Positions 20,938 to 31,178 of a stretch of 64,000 bases of DNA are shown here, piece by piece. Positions within the stretch are counted from its first letter, which is position 1. Every line of letters starts with the position of its first letter. The position numbers were made by a program, and so were the translations under genes. The notes under the pieces were generated by a model. The model made no database searches. It was not told the origin of the DNA and saw only the letters and a program-made list of their open reading frames with translations. This DNA is from Candidatus Dojkabacteria bacterium (GTDB lineage Bacteria; Patescibacteriota; Dojkabacteria; SC72; JAFGCJ01), in the NCBI GenBank assembly GCA_016929645.1, contig JAFGIK010000086.1, forward strand, positions 408 to 64,407, written 5' to 3'.

Positions 20938-22319
20938 TCTAATTCAACAATCTCATTTAATTCAGGTACATAAGTCTCAAGCATTAGATTCTTCCGGATG
21001 TACTCTGACCACAAATCAATAACCTCCTCATCTCCATGAACGGTAAAAACTTTCTTAGGATAATGTCCGAATCCTCTCAACCAATATTCAAGATCAGCTT
21101 GATCGGAATGAGCTGAAAAACCACCAAGCGTATGTACTTGAATATTCACGTCATAACGTTTACCGTTAATCCTAACTTCAGGAGCTCCATCGACTATGGC
21201 TCTACCCAATGTCCCCTTAACTTGATATCCAGTAAAAAGAATATGGCTATTTGCATCTCCGACATTATTTGCAAGATGATACAGAACACGACCCCCAGTA
21301 CACATACCGCTACCCGCAATAATCATAATACCATTCTTTGCAGAAAGTCTTTTTGAATCATGGAAATCAGCAATAAAATTCAGCCCAGAAAAATCAAAAA
21401 CCTCATCACCAGACTCTAATAAACGTCGAGCATCTACATCGTAAAGCTCAGTATAACGACGAAAAATCTCGGTAGCCTTAGATCCAAGAGGACTATCAAA
21501 ATATACCTCAAGATTTTCAACAATTTTATTTTCTACAAAAAGATTAAGCTCGTAAAGAAGCTCTTGTGCTCGCTCTACAGCAAACGTAGGAACAATCAGG
21601 TTTCCATTTGATCTTTGCGCCTCTTTAATTATTGAAAGGAACTCCATAAGAGTCTCATCTTTACTTTTGTGTAACCTGTTTCCATATGTTGATTCAACAA
21701 TAACATAGTCGGCTTCACGTACAAAATCAGGATCTTTAATAATCCTAGCTCCAGGTTGTCCAAGATCTCCAGAAAAGACAATTTTCCTCACCCTGTTATG
21801 ATCATTTTCCATCCATATCTCAACAATAGCCGATCCAAGAATATGACCTGCATCCCTCATTCTGATTTCAAGACCTTCCCCTAGTCTAACATTGGTACCA
21901 TAAGGATAAGTCTCGAATAGATACATGACATCCTCAGCTTCCTCCTCAGTATAAAGCATTTTAGGTGTACAATCTTGTCGACCCTTTCTTTCGCATCGTT
22001 CAAAATCTTCTTTTTGAACTTTAGCCGAATCTGCAAGCAAAATTCTTGTCAAATCTCTTGTAGCAGCTGTTGAAATTATCTTGCCGCGAAACCCTCGTTT
22101 TAATAACAAAGGTAACCGACCACAATGATCTATATGAGCGTGAGTGAGGATAACGTATTCTATTTCCGCAGGATTAAAAGGAAAATCAAGAAGATTCTTC
22201 TCTTTATCATTGAATCCTTGAAACATACCACAATCAATTAGAATCTTATGCTTGTTGTTTTCTAAATAATGACATGACCCAGTGACAGTTTTTGCGGCTC
22301 CACAAAATTGTATTTTCAT
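20934..22319 (-). CDS. MBL-fold beta-CASP ribonuclease (RNase J/CPSF-like)
   Basis: HxHxDH motif (LTHAHIDHCGRLP) and beta-CASP C-terminal region; 461 aa. Confidence 0.75.
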   Translation of the reverse strand: MKIQFCGAAKTVTGSCHYLENNKHKILIDCGMFQGFNDKEKNLLDFPFNPAEIEYVILTHAHIDHCGRLPLLLKRGFRGKIISTAATRDLTRILLADSAKVQKEDFERCERKGRQDCTPKMLYTEEEAEDVMYLFETYPYGTNVRLGEGLEIRMRDAGHILGSAIVEIWMENDHNRVRKIVFSGDLGQPGARIIKDPDFVREADYVIVESTYGNRLHKSKDETLMEFLSIIKEAQRSNGNLIVPTFAVERAQELLYELNLFVENKIVENLEVYFDSPLGSKATEIFRRYTELYDVDARRLLESGDEVFDFSGLNFIADFHDSKRLSAKNGIMIIAGSGMCTGGRVLYHLANNVGDANSHILFTGYQVKGTLGRAIVDGAPEVRINGKRYDVNIQVHTLGGFSAHSDQADLEYWLRGFGHYPKKVFTVHGDEEVIDLWSEYIRKNLMLETYVPELNEIVELD

Positions 22320-22423
22320 TAAGGCAGTTTACAAAAAACTAAATATATTGTCATTAATGATAACACAAACAACAAGAAAAATGACAGATTTCCTTGGAAA
22401 TTTAATCGTTTTGTTTTAGCGTG

Positions 22424-22461
22424 GGAGCAAAGCGAGGGTCCTTAAACCCTCGCTTTGCTCC
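22424..22461. terminator. perfect 16-bp GC-rich hairpin (GGAGCAAAGCGAGGGT / ACCCTCGCTTTGCTCC, 6-nt loop) downstream of the 1027-aa surface protein gene
   Basis: Seen directly; intergenic between two minus-strand genes; U-tract is weak on the minus strand, so intrinsic-terminator function is inferred. Confidence 0.6.
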
Positions 22462-22485
22462 TTACTTACAACTTTATTTGTAGTA

Positions 22486-25400
22486 TTATGGCTTGTACTT
22501 CGTACTTCCATCACTATCAATTCTGATCCAATATCCTGAAGTCGGATAGGCATCAAAATTAAATCCATAGACCTTACCATCCTCAACAATCAAGCTATAG
22601 TACTTTCCATCTTGCCATCTGGATATAATTTTTGAACCATCAGTATCAGAATCAATATTTGACAAAACGTCTTGAGCATCAAGTTTCTCACTATTTTCCT
22701 TATATAACCCAACAAGATTCCACCCTGGATTTAGACTAATTTCCAATGATCCCTCAACAAATTTTCCTTGAAAATCTACATCAGCTTTTTGATATGTTCT
22801 AATGAAATAACCAAATCCAGGAATAATACTGAAATCTTGACCAAAGGTCACATCTGCACCATCTGTGGACTCTCTTGTTGTATAGGTATTAAATACACCT
22901 CCACTATAGCTAACAATATGCGTCACATCACCACCATTTTGATTAATATAGTTCATCAATTCGGAAGCTTTGGTTATTTCAGAAGTACCGGAACCCTCCA
23001 TAACAAGCGGGAAATGCACAAGATTCCATCCGACATCAAAGTGATACTGTAATAAATCTGTCACCTTTTTTACTTTTATATCAGAAATGTTTTCTCCAGA
23101 GATATATGGCTCTTCATCATCCCGCACTCCATTTTCATTATTATCAAGAAAGTATCGAAGCTCACCAGTCTCTTCAATCACAATTTCTGTTGTAGTAATA
23201 TCAAGACCTTTTACCTCATAAACTCCAGGTTCATAGGTTTCGTTAGTATTATCAGTATCATTAGTCTCGGCTTGAGCCAAAGCATCAGTTTCTAAATTAC
23301 CAGACACATGCGTAGATTCTCCAAGCACTGATGATATTGAGGAATCTCCAGGCTTAACTCCAATAGTACCTCCTGCTGTATGATCGACACAGCAGACATA
23401 ATAGGAATCATCTTCAATATCCTTACATCCAATATATGACATGCTAATAGATTTCAAAACTTTAACCATACCAGAGGAAGAATCACATGTTGTCACACCA
23501 TCAAATACTGGATCTTTTGGACAACAGAAGAATCCAGTTCCTGTAATGTTCCAGCAATCAGTTCTATTAGAATAGTCAAGAATTTTATCATGTGTCGCGG
23601 ATGGACATCCAGATCTATCCTTTGGACAACAATAATTATCATCTGTAAGATACCAGCAAACGGATTTGTCTTCTGGATGGTAAGTAATGTCATAATACTC
23701 TTCTGGACAATCACTATACGGGTCATAAGTTGAAGATTCAGTGCAACAATACAAACCATTAACGTATGGATGCTGCTCACAAGTATATGATCCTTTAATC
23801 TCCGAATTATATGAGCTCTCAGTCCCATCAGGACATTTACAGCATAAACCTCCACCAGCAGGAGCAGGCGTACAGCCCATAACTAAAGCGTCAACTCCTG
23901 AAACGAAACTCGTCCCTTCTGGACAATTAGTCGTCTTCTTTACCTCTGGCTTCCACGTAGGGTTACCACACTGATTATTACAGCCACATCCATCAATCTT
24001 GTAAGTGACACCAGATGAACTGCACATTGCCATAATGCAAGACCCTTCTCCATTACTTACTTTGTTTTTTAAATCCTCAGGCCAACTAACAGGAGTATCC
24101 GCATTACAACCATAATTCGTCCAAGCATTAGGTCCACAGGCACTTGTCTCTTGAGTTGAAACAGGATTATTAGTATTGCAATAATCGTTGCCAGAACCAG
24201 TCATACAACCATTAGTACAAGCCTCAGCAAGTTCCCCATCACCGGAATTCGAATTACATCTCCAGAGATTTGATCCATTACAATACAAACCTGCTCCATT
24301 CCAGCCACCATTTGAAAGTGAAGAACAAAAGCCAGAAGGTTGAAGCTCACCTGTACCACCTGAAGAATTACATAAATTTGAACAAGCCGCAGGGCATCCA
24401 TTTTCACAAGCAGTTGGATCATCAGACCCAGGACAACCGGACTTACAAGAATCAACACAATCCGAAACATTAGTAAACCTCGAGTCTCCAGGACAATCCC
24501 CTGATCCAGAAGAACCCCCACTACTTGGAGTACCTGAATCACTTGGAGTACCAGAATCTCCAGTATCGCTAGAAGAACTACACAAATTTGAGCAAGCCGA
24601 AGGGCATCCATTTACACAAGTAGTTGGATCATCAGACCCAGGACAACCGGACTCACAAGAATCAACGCAATCCGAAACATTAGTAAACCTCGAGTCTCCA
24701 GGACAATCCCCAGCAAATGCACCAAGAACCAACTTATCTAGTTCGCTTTTCCCTGATTCGGTATCTTCCAAAGTTATTGGACTAACTGGCTGATCCATAT
24801 CAGTAGAAACATACATTTTGCTTGAATAAACACTATTATTAACCACACCAAAAATATTAATTATATCAGTATCGTTTATCCCAGGTTCATATACGGATTT
24901 ACCATCAACTGAAAGTATATTTGATATATCTACAGTATAAGAACCTTCAAATAAAGGAGAAGAGACCCAACCAGATTCTTCTGTATCAATACTTGATCTT
25001 TTTACCAGAGCTACACCATCAACAATTGAATCTCCATTGCCATCACTTACATTTCCATAGACAGGGTCAGGACTAGTTACATCATCATTGATTTGAGAAG
25101 TCTTAAATGAATTATCAATTTCAAATGCAACTTTAGCAAAAGATCCAGATTTTATTGCAAAATAATAGTTTGCTGTTGGCTCCAATCCTGTAATAGTTAC
25201 ATGATGAGTATATCTTTTATTTGCAGCACTTTTATTATAATCACGATTCCCGGATGAATCCATTTCAACGTCTCTATCATCATAAAATTCATTATCTGAT
25301 TTGAACAACATAAAACCACCGTCAACTTCTTTTTCACCTACAATAACTGTACCAATAACAGGTCTATCCGTAGTCCAAACAATTGTTGCACTGGAATATG

Positions 25401-25569
25401 TCACATTGGAAACATACACATTATCTACTTTCACAGAACAATCAATATTTATCTTGACTAAAACTACAATCAAACAGGACGCTAAGATCAAACCCAGTGC
25501 AATTAAAGAATAAATAACTAATGATTTCTTTGAGAAACGGAACGAAGAAGGCTTGGATTTAATAGCCAT
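22486..25569 (-). CDS. large secreted/surface protein: N-terminal TM anchor, fibronectin-III-like domain, Cys-rich internal repeats, CC-motif-rich region
   Basis: N-terminal hydrophobic segment. FN3-like VTYSSATIVWTTD...YYFAIKSG. Duplicated about 46-aa Cys-rich module CPGDSRFTNVSDCVDSC.SGCPGSDDPT.C.NGCP.ACSNLC. Later CCKCPDG/CCTESS/CCPKD motifs. Confidence 0.7.
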   Translation of the reverse strand: MAIKSKPSSFRFSKKSLVIYSLIALGLILASCLIVVLVKINIDCSVKVDNVYVSNVTYSSATIVWTTDRPVIGTVIVGEKEVDGGFMLFKSDNEFYDDRDVEMDSSGNRDYNKSAANKRYTHHVTITGLEPTANYYFAIKSGSFAKVAFEIDNSFKTSQINDDVTSPDPVYGNVSDGNGDSIVDGVALVKRSSIDTEESGWVSSPLFEGSYTVDISNILSVDGKSVYEPGINDTDIINIFGVVNNSVYSSKMYVSTDMDQPVSPITLEDTESGKSELDKLVLGAFAGDCPGDSRFTNVSDCVDSCESGCPGSDDPTTCVNGCPSACSNLCSSSSDTGDSGTPSDSGTPSSGGSSGSGDCPGDSRFTNVSDCVDSCKSGCPGSDDPTACENGCPAACSNLCNSSGGTGELQPSGFCSSLSNGGWNGAGLYCNGSNLWRCNSNSGDGELAEACTNGCMTGSGNDYCNTNNPVSTQETSACGPNAWTNYGCNADTPVSWPEDLKNKVSNGEGSCIMAMCSSSGVTYKIDGCGCNNQCGNPTWKPEVKKTTNCPEGTSFVSGVDALVMGCTPAPAGGGLCCKCPDGTESSYNSEIKGSYTCEQHPYVNGLYCCTESSTYDPYSDCPEEYYDITYHPEDKSVCWYLTDDNYCCPKDRSGCPSATHDKILDYSNRTDCWNITGTGFFCCPKDPVFDGVTTCDSSSGMVKVLKSISMSYIGCKDIEDDSYYVCCVDHTAGGTIGVKPGDSSISSVLGESTHVSGNLETDALAQAETNDTDNTNETYEPGVYEVKGLDITTTEIVIEETGELRYFLDNNENGVRDDEEPYISGENISDIKVKKVTDLLQYHFDVGWNLVHFPLVMEGSGTSEITKASELMNYINQNGGDVTHIVSYSGGVFNTYTTRESTDGADVTFGQDFSIIPGFGYFIRTYQKADVDFQGKFVEGSLEISLNPGWNLVGLYKENSEKLDAQDVLSNIDSDTDGSKIISRWQDGKYYSLIVEDGKVYGFNFDAYPTSGYWIRIDSDGSTKYKP
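24362..24709 (-). repeat. 139-bp direct repeat (two copies, about 95% identical, offset 209 bp) inside the surface-protein gene
   Basis: Copies at about 24362-24500 and 24571-24709, read from the sequence; encode the duplicated Cys-rich module. Confidence 0.85.
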
Positions 25570-25700
25570 TTTGAATTTTTAATAAGTTAGTATATCGGGA
25601 TCGGATATATTTCAATCTAATACTACTACTCATCAATGTATCAAATTTGACTAATAATGACAAAACCTGACATTTGAGTCAGTGGGCGAAAATCAATACA

Positions 25701-27155
25701 TTATTTTTTCATAGATTTAGCTAAATCAAGAAGTTGATCTTTTGTATTCATGCTAGGGTCATCAATAACTTTTTCAAGAAGATCCTTTAGGATAATTCCC
25801 ATTAATGGACCTTTCTCAATACCAAGTTCTGCAAGATCATTTCCATCGATTTTTAAATCATTAATTTTTAATGCCATATCTTTCTGTCGAATTTCAGATA
25901 TACGCTCTTGCAACTGCTCAATTTCTGCAGGCTGAAATATACCATCAGGATTTGAAGATGCATCTGCAATTCTTAACGAGAAAAGATCATCTATGTTCTC
26001 CTCACCGACCCTGGCAATAAAACGCCTTACTGCAGAATCTGTCCATTTTTTTGATTCATAGATCTCAATATCTTTTTCTGATGCATTTTCAGAAACAATA
26101 GGATAATAGAACATATGAAATTTTACCAATCTGGCTACTCGATCAATCTCGGCTCTTGAAAACCTTAAACGCTGCATCACTTCACGAGTTATTTTCTCAC
26201 CTTCAATATCATGACCATAAAAATGGCCATCAGCCATAGCTTTCCGTGGTTTACCAATATCATGTAGAAGTGCAGCTAATCTAATATTAACAGGAGCTAA
26301 ATCCATAGTACTCAAAAGATGTTTATAAACATCCTCTTTGTGAAATATTGGCTGATCAAAACCCACCCCTTCCAATAACTCCGGAATAAAAAGCTTCAAC
26401 AACCCACTCTTGCGCATAAACTCTATCCCAATAGATGGCTTCTCGGACTTGTTCAGCAATTTCACAATCTCATCACGTACGCGCTCCATAGAAACCTGAG
26501 CAGACACAGCTAAAGTTTTTGTTATAGCCTTAAAGGTCTTCTCCTCTATATCAAAACCTAGCTCTGCTGCTAATCTACAAGCTCTCAACGCTCGAAGTCC
26601 ATCCTCACTAAATCGCTGTTCTGCAACACCAGTTGATCTGACTATCTTATTATTCAAATCAATAATCCCATCAAATGGATCATAAATAGTCATTTTTTTA
26701 AGATCTTTACTGCCATCCAGATCTGCTGATGCAAGATCCATTGCCATCGAATTCCAGGTAAAATCCCGTCGCTTAAGATCCTCATCAAGATTCTTTACAA
26801 ATTCAACTGTTGATGGCCATCTGCCATCAACATATTTTTCATCACTACGAAAAGTTGTAACCTCCACTTGGTAAGTTGGATAACCATCTTTCTCTCGAAT
26901 AATAACTGTAACTGTCCCAAATTTTGCACCAGTTGAAACAGCTTTTGGAAAAATATTCAACATTTGATCTGGCAAAGCATCAGTCGCAAGATCATAGTCA
27001 TCTGGCAATATTCCCATAACAAGATCCCGTAATGCCCCACCAACTAAATAACATTTAAATCCCTCTTTACTTAGAATTCTTGCCACTGTTTGAACATACT
27101 CAGGAATAATAAGCTCAATCTCATATATATGTTGATCTATCTTTTTGATATTCAT
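25701..27155 (-). CDS. cca: CCA-adding tRNA nucleotidyltransferase with HD domain
   Basis: Pol-beta NTase motif YLVGGALRDLV...DYDLATDALPD. HD domain LLHDIGKP. The ORF track extends the N-terminus to 27299, but the likely start is MNIKKIDQ near 27155. Confidence 0.85.
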   Translation of the reverse strand: MNIKKIDQHIYEIELIIPEYVQTVARILSKEGFKCYLVGGALRDLVMGILPDDYDLATDALPDQMLNIFPKAVSTGAKFGTVTVIIREKDGYPTYQVEVTTFRSDEKYVDGRWPSTVEFVKNLDEDLKRRDFTWNSMAMDLASADLDGSKDLKKMTIYDPFDGIIDLNNKIVRSTGVAEQRFSEDGLRALRACRLAAELGFDIEEKTFKAITKTLAVSAQVSMERVRDEIVKLLNKSEKPSIGIEFMRKSGLLKLFIPELLEGVGFDQPIFHKEDVYKHLLSTMDLAPVNIRLAALLHDIGKPRKAMADGHFYGHDIEGEKITREVMQRLRFSRAEIDRVARLVKFHMFYYPIVSENASEKDIEIYESKKWTDSAVRRFIARVGEENIDDLFSLRIADASSNPDGIFQPAEIEQLQERISEIRQKDMALKINDLKIDGNDLAELGIEKGPLMGIILKDLLEKVIDDPSMNTKDQLLDLAKSMKK

Positions 27156-29038
27156 GCTCTTATTATAACAGCAGATAAAATTCTTGAAAGATAACGACCA
27201 ATATTCAGCCTTCGTGCAAGAATATAAAGCGAGAAACTGCTTGATAGTAATATAATATTTATATTTGAACCAGTCCTGGCAAGATATCCTGAATGACAAA
27301 TCGCTCCAAGATTACATATAGTTGAAGGATTAAAAGCACCATCTGATATATCACCTTCCTGAGAAGGAATTTCCTCAGAATAGACATTAACTATGGTGCT
27401 TACAGAATCACTAATATTCTGACAATAGTCACTATCGCAAAAAAGATTTACTACATTTGGAATTACGTATTCTCCCGAAATAAGGTCAGATTTGACTTTA
27501 GCATCAAGAACATAATGAACCTCTTGTTTATTATTAATCCTGCCAATATGAGCCTGAAGTGATAGATCTTGAATATTAAAAAAGTTGGCATCTGTAATTT
27601 CAATATAATTATCAGAAAACAGGTCATTTACATCAATATTTTCTGCTCTTGCACCATTATTTTTAACAATAATGTCATATCTAATAAATTCTCCTGAGTT
27701 ACTAGTCGTAGATTCAACCATCGTCTCATCACTATCAGAAACAAACTTCTCAACACTCAAATCTGGGGCAAGATGTAAATCAATAGCCATAGATCTTAAT
27801 TCATATGGAATCAGAGTAACTGATATAAAATCTCCAGAGCCTACAGCAACAAAATCTGTCTGATTAGCTACCCAAGTCGAAGGAGCACCATAATCACCCC
27901 TCAAAGAAATGATGCTTCGAGATTCAGGATTCGTGGACATATTAGTTGAAGCTGCAAGACTTACACTCTCTTTATGAAAATTTGGATCTTTCACAATTAG
28001 AGGAGAAATTGTCATATCCAATGGATAGTCAAGACCCATATTCAAATCATAATATAAAGAAATTCTATCTTTAGGACCAATACTTACAACCTGAGTATGA
28101 ATTGAACCATCAGGTAATTGATCAGTTACCTCAATATTATTAAGCGTGTAAGAACTATAGTTAAAAAGTGTAGAAGAAAACTCAAGTATCAATTCACCAG
28201 AATCATTAAATTCTGGAACCACTGATCTATGGACAATTTTTAGTGGTTGAATAGTGGAAAAAGAATAGATAGTCCGGCCAACAGGAGGATATGAGTAAGA
28301 ACTTGGAGCAAAATTGCCAATAGTTTCCATAACGTGAGCTTTACCACCCCTTGTAATCATCGAACCATTAAAAAGAAAAGCTACTGAGACATTTACAACA
28401 TCAGCACCTAAACGCGTCAGATCACCCGATGATGGATCGGCTCTTGATACAAAAATGTTAGATTTACCAACATCAATCTGATGACTGGAATAATTAAAAT
28501 AAAAATATCCAAAATCAATATTGCTATTGGGCGGAACCTGAACAGCATCTGCAACACCTAAATAACGCCTTGCACTCGGATATAACACAGTACCAACATC
28601 AAAAAAATCATGCGACCCTACAAATCCATCTGATTCACCATGAATAAGTGAACTATCATAATACATCGACCCTGCAGATCTGGAAGGTACCGGAAGATTT
28701 CTATACGATACAGAAATTGTCTGAGCAAATTCACAATTCATCGTGTCACCTCTAGGATAAAATGCATCCGCTCTTACCTTTTGTGGTAAGAATATAATCA
28801 GAGATGCCAGAAAAACTAAGTATAGAAGGATACGATTTTTATATTTCTTGTAGATTTTTGCAAATCTAGCATTACGTTGATCCAGGTTGTCGCTTAGAAC
28901 ACTTTTATTTGTTGCCCTGGAACTCCTACATATATCTTTCCATACGGTATATCCACGATAGGAGTCACCGAACTTTACGTATTTCCCATTAAGATATTGA
29001 ACATCGGAATTCCTAGGATAATAAGTTTTTTTATTCAT
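27152..29038 (-). CDS. secreted surface protein with C-terminal LAxTG-type sorting signal (628 aa)
   Basis: N-terminal TM/signal segment. C-terminus LARTG + hydrophobic stretch + RR/R tail (class-E-sortase-like LAxTG). Middle region resembles bacterial conserved-repeat (DUF11-like) domains (weak). Confidence 0.55.
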   Translation of the reverse strand: MNKKTYYPRNSDVQYLNGKYVKFGDSYRGYTVWKDICRSSRATNKSVLSDNLDQRNARFAKIYKKYKNRILLYLVFLASLIIFLPQKVRADAFYPRGDTMNCEFAQTISVSYRNLPVPSRSAGSMYYDSSLIHGESDGFVGSHDFFDVGTVLYPSARRYLGVADAVQVPPNSNIDFGYFYFNYSSHQIDVGKSNIFVSRADPSSGDLTRLGADVVNVSVAFLFNGSMITRGGKAHVMETIGNFAPSSYSYPPVGRTIYSFSTIQPLKIVHRSVVPEFNDSGELILEFSSTLFNYSSYTLNNIEVTDQLPDGSIHTQVVSIGPKDRISLYYDLNMGLDYPLDMTISPLIVKDPNFHKESVSLAASTNMSTNPESRSIISLRGDYGAPSTWVANQTDFVAVGSGDFISVTLIPYELRSMAIDLHLAPDLSVEKFVSDSDETMVESTTSNSGEFIRYDIIVKNNGARAENIDVNDLFSDNYIEITDANFFNIQDLSLQAHIGRINNKQEVHYVLDAKVKSDLISGEYVIPNVVNLFCDSDYCQNISDSVSTIVNVYSEEIPSQEGDISDGAFNPSTICNLGAICHSGYLARTGSNINIILLSSSFSLYILARRLNIGRYLSRILSAVIIRA

Positions 29039-29139
29039 TCAGATATTGGTTAAAAAATAAGATTTTAACCAATAATATCTCCTGAAGATTAAAGAATATT
29101 AAAAACGAGAAAAAATTGAGAATAATCGTAGATTTCCAA

Positions 29140-30120
29140 TCATTGTTTATCAAATATGTTTATCACTACATCCTCCAAAGACATCTCTTTGATATCAACA
29201 TCATCAATCGGAAGTGATTTTAGGATAGAAGATGAAACAAGAGGAACGTCTTTACGATCAACCGATATCGTTGCAGAAACACCATCGTATTCAATAACTT
29301 CGCCAAATTTTTCTAAATCAGTTTGACTTACACTCGATAAAAATTGGAGAGAAATATACTTTTCCCTAACATACTTTTTAACAATTCCATCAAGAGAACC
29401 ATCGTATGCAAGCTCCCCTTTATTTATCATTATCACACGAGCACAAAGCTCCTGAACATCATCCATATTATGACTCGTCAAAATTATTGTAGTCTTGTAT
29501 TTGGAATTATACCCACGCAAAAATTCTCTCAATCGTTTCTGCATAGCAAAATCAAGACCAATTGTCGGCTCATCAAGAAATAGAATCTTAGGTGAATGAA
29601 GTAATGCTGCAACCAATTCACATTTCATTCGTTGCCCAAGAGATAACTTGCGAACCTGAATATTCAAAATATCTCTAAGATCAAGCATTTCTATAAGTCC
29701 ATCAAGCGTATGATTAAAATTTTTCTTGCTAATATCATAAATTTCCTGGTTCAGTAAAAAACTATCCATCGCAGGCAAATCCCACCATAACTGATTCTTT
29801 TGACCCATGACCAAAGAAATCTGTTTTAAAAATTCTGTTTTTCTATCAAAAGGAGTAAAACCCAGTACATTTATCGTCCCAGAAGATGGAAAAAGAAGAC
29901 CAGACAAACATTTCAATGTCGTAGTCTTACCTGCACCATTAGGGCCAATAAATCCAACAAACTCACCTTCTTCAATGTCAAAAGATACAGATTTAACAGC
30001 GTCAATAGAAATATACTCTCTTTTGAATAATGACTTTAGAGAACCTAATAATCCTGGTTTCTTTTTATACTGCTTAAATATTTTTGATAAATTTTTAACT
30101 TCAACTACTTTTTCTCGCAT
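29140..30120 (-). CDS. ABC transporter ATP-binding protein with C-terminal extension, no adjacent permease
   Basis: Walker A GPNGAGKTT, signature LSLGQRMK, Walker B ILFLDEPTIGLD; about 100-aa extra C-terminal domain. Confidence 0.85.
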   Translation of the reverse strand: MREKVVEVKNLSKIFKQYKKKPGLLGSLKSLFKREYISIDAVKSVSFDIEEGEFVGFIGPNGAGKTTTLKCLSGLLFPSSGTINVLGFTPFDRKTEFLKQISLVMGQKNQLWWDLPAMDSFLLNQEIYDISKKNFNHTLDGLIEMLDLRDILNIQVRKLSLGQRMKCELVAALLHSPKILFLDEPTIGLDFAMQKRLREFLRGYNSKYKTTIILTSHNMDDVQELCARVIMINKGELAYDGSLDGIVKKYVREKYISLQFLSSVSQTDLEKFGEVIEYDGVSATISVDRKDVPLVSSSILKSLPIDDVDIKEMSLEDVVINIFDKQ

Positions 30121-30169
30121 ATTAGGAATTTTTTATTAAAAACAAATGCTATCAACAATAGAAATAAAA

Positions 30170-31156
30170 CTACAGGATTCTTAATTCAATAACTTTACTA
30201 TAAGTCGAGAATGAAACTTTTGAAACACTTTGAAGTTCTTCTAATCCAAACTTTTCAATAAACTTCCTGCCAAAATCAATAACATGTGTAGCTCCTTTAG
30301 GAAATGAAACTCCGTACCTCTTAGATAGTTCATTCATTTCTATGACAAATTTCGCACGAGCGATAATTGATGCTGCAGCAACAGCGATGTCAGCTTCACC
30401 TCTGTGCATTTGAACTATCTCCTTACTTCGTAAATCAGCCTTTAGCGCATCCAAAATTCGATCATCACTGTTTGCAAATTTATCAAATACAATTTTTTGG
30501 CATTTCTTCCTAACTATTTGTTTAGAAAGCAGTTGCTCCAAAGTATTTGCATGACCCCAAGCAAGAAGTTTATTTACATTTTTAATGTGAGAGTATAAAT
30601 GATTGTAATCGTAAGGCTTAATCACAAGTGTTTCACATTTAGTAAGTGATCTAATTGCAGAATCAAGTTCAAGAATTTTTCTATCGCTTAATTGTTTTGA
30701 ATCTCGTACACCAAGTGACATAAGTTTTTTTGTGATTTCTTCTTTTTCAATAAAAACAGCTCCTACAACAAGCGGTCCGAAGAAATCCCCTTTTCCCGAT
30801 TCATCAACACCAGCATATGGGACAAATCCATTATCAATTGAATTTAAATTCTTCCTAATTTGCAATTTGTCTGCTTCATTAACTCTTAATGAAGCCTCCG
30901 TACTAATCTTTTTATGGCAAACAGCACTATCTTCAAAACCTGCTAAAAACACACATACCTTGTCAATCCATAGATTATCAGAACTTTGAACAACAATCTT
31001 ACCACTCGAATAAGCTACAATAACACCATTGTCACATTTAAGCTGAAATTTGGCTTGAGGATTGTTAATTGATTGAAAATCCCACTTTGCAAAAAGTTTC
31101 TTGCGCATATCATCCAAATTGGATTTAACCTCAATAACCTGAGTATGCTGAGACAT
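30170..31156 (-). CDS. rnhC: ribonuclease HIII
   Basis: RNase HII/HIII catalytic motif GVDESGKGDFFGPLVVGAV plus the about 90-aa N-terminal TBP-like domain typical of HIII; 328 aa. Confidence 0.8.
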   Translation of the reverse strand: MSQHTQVIEVKSNLDDMRKKLFAKWDFQSINNPQAKFQLKCDNGVIVAYSSGKIVVQSSDNLWIDKVCVFLAGFEDSAVCHKKISTEASLRVNEADKLQIRKNLNSIDNGFVPYAGVDESGKGDFFGPLVVGAVFIEKEEITKKLMSLGVRDSKQLSDRKILELDSAIRSLTKCETLVIKPYDYNHLYSHIKNVNKLLAWGHANTLEQLLSKQIVRKKCQKIVFDKFANSDDRILDALKADLRSKEIVQMHRGEADIAVAAASIIARAKFVIEMNELSKRYGVSFPKGATHVIDFGRKFIEKFGLEELQSVSKVSFSTYSKVIELRIL

Positions 31157-31178
31157 TTAATTAAATACTTACATTACA

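Noticed and set aside
25701-27299. N-terminal 48-aa extension of the CCA-enzyme ORF (and similar extensions on the dcd 51188-51835 and dprA 56069-57199 ORFs)
   Set aside because: The extensions are hydrophobic or low-complexity and overlap upstream genes; internal Met codons give normal-length proteins
22486-29038. Diversity-generating retroelement targeting the large surface proteins (common in CPR)
   Set aside because: No reverse transcriptase ORF (no YxDD motif in any frame of the ORF track), and no template/variable repeat pair was found near the C-termini
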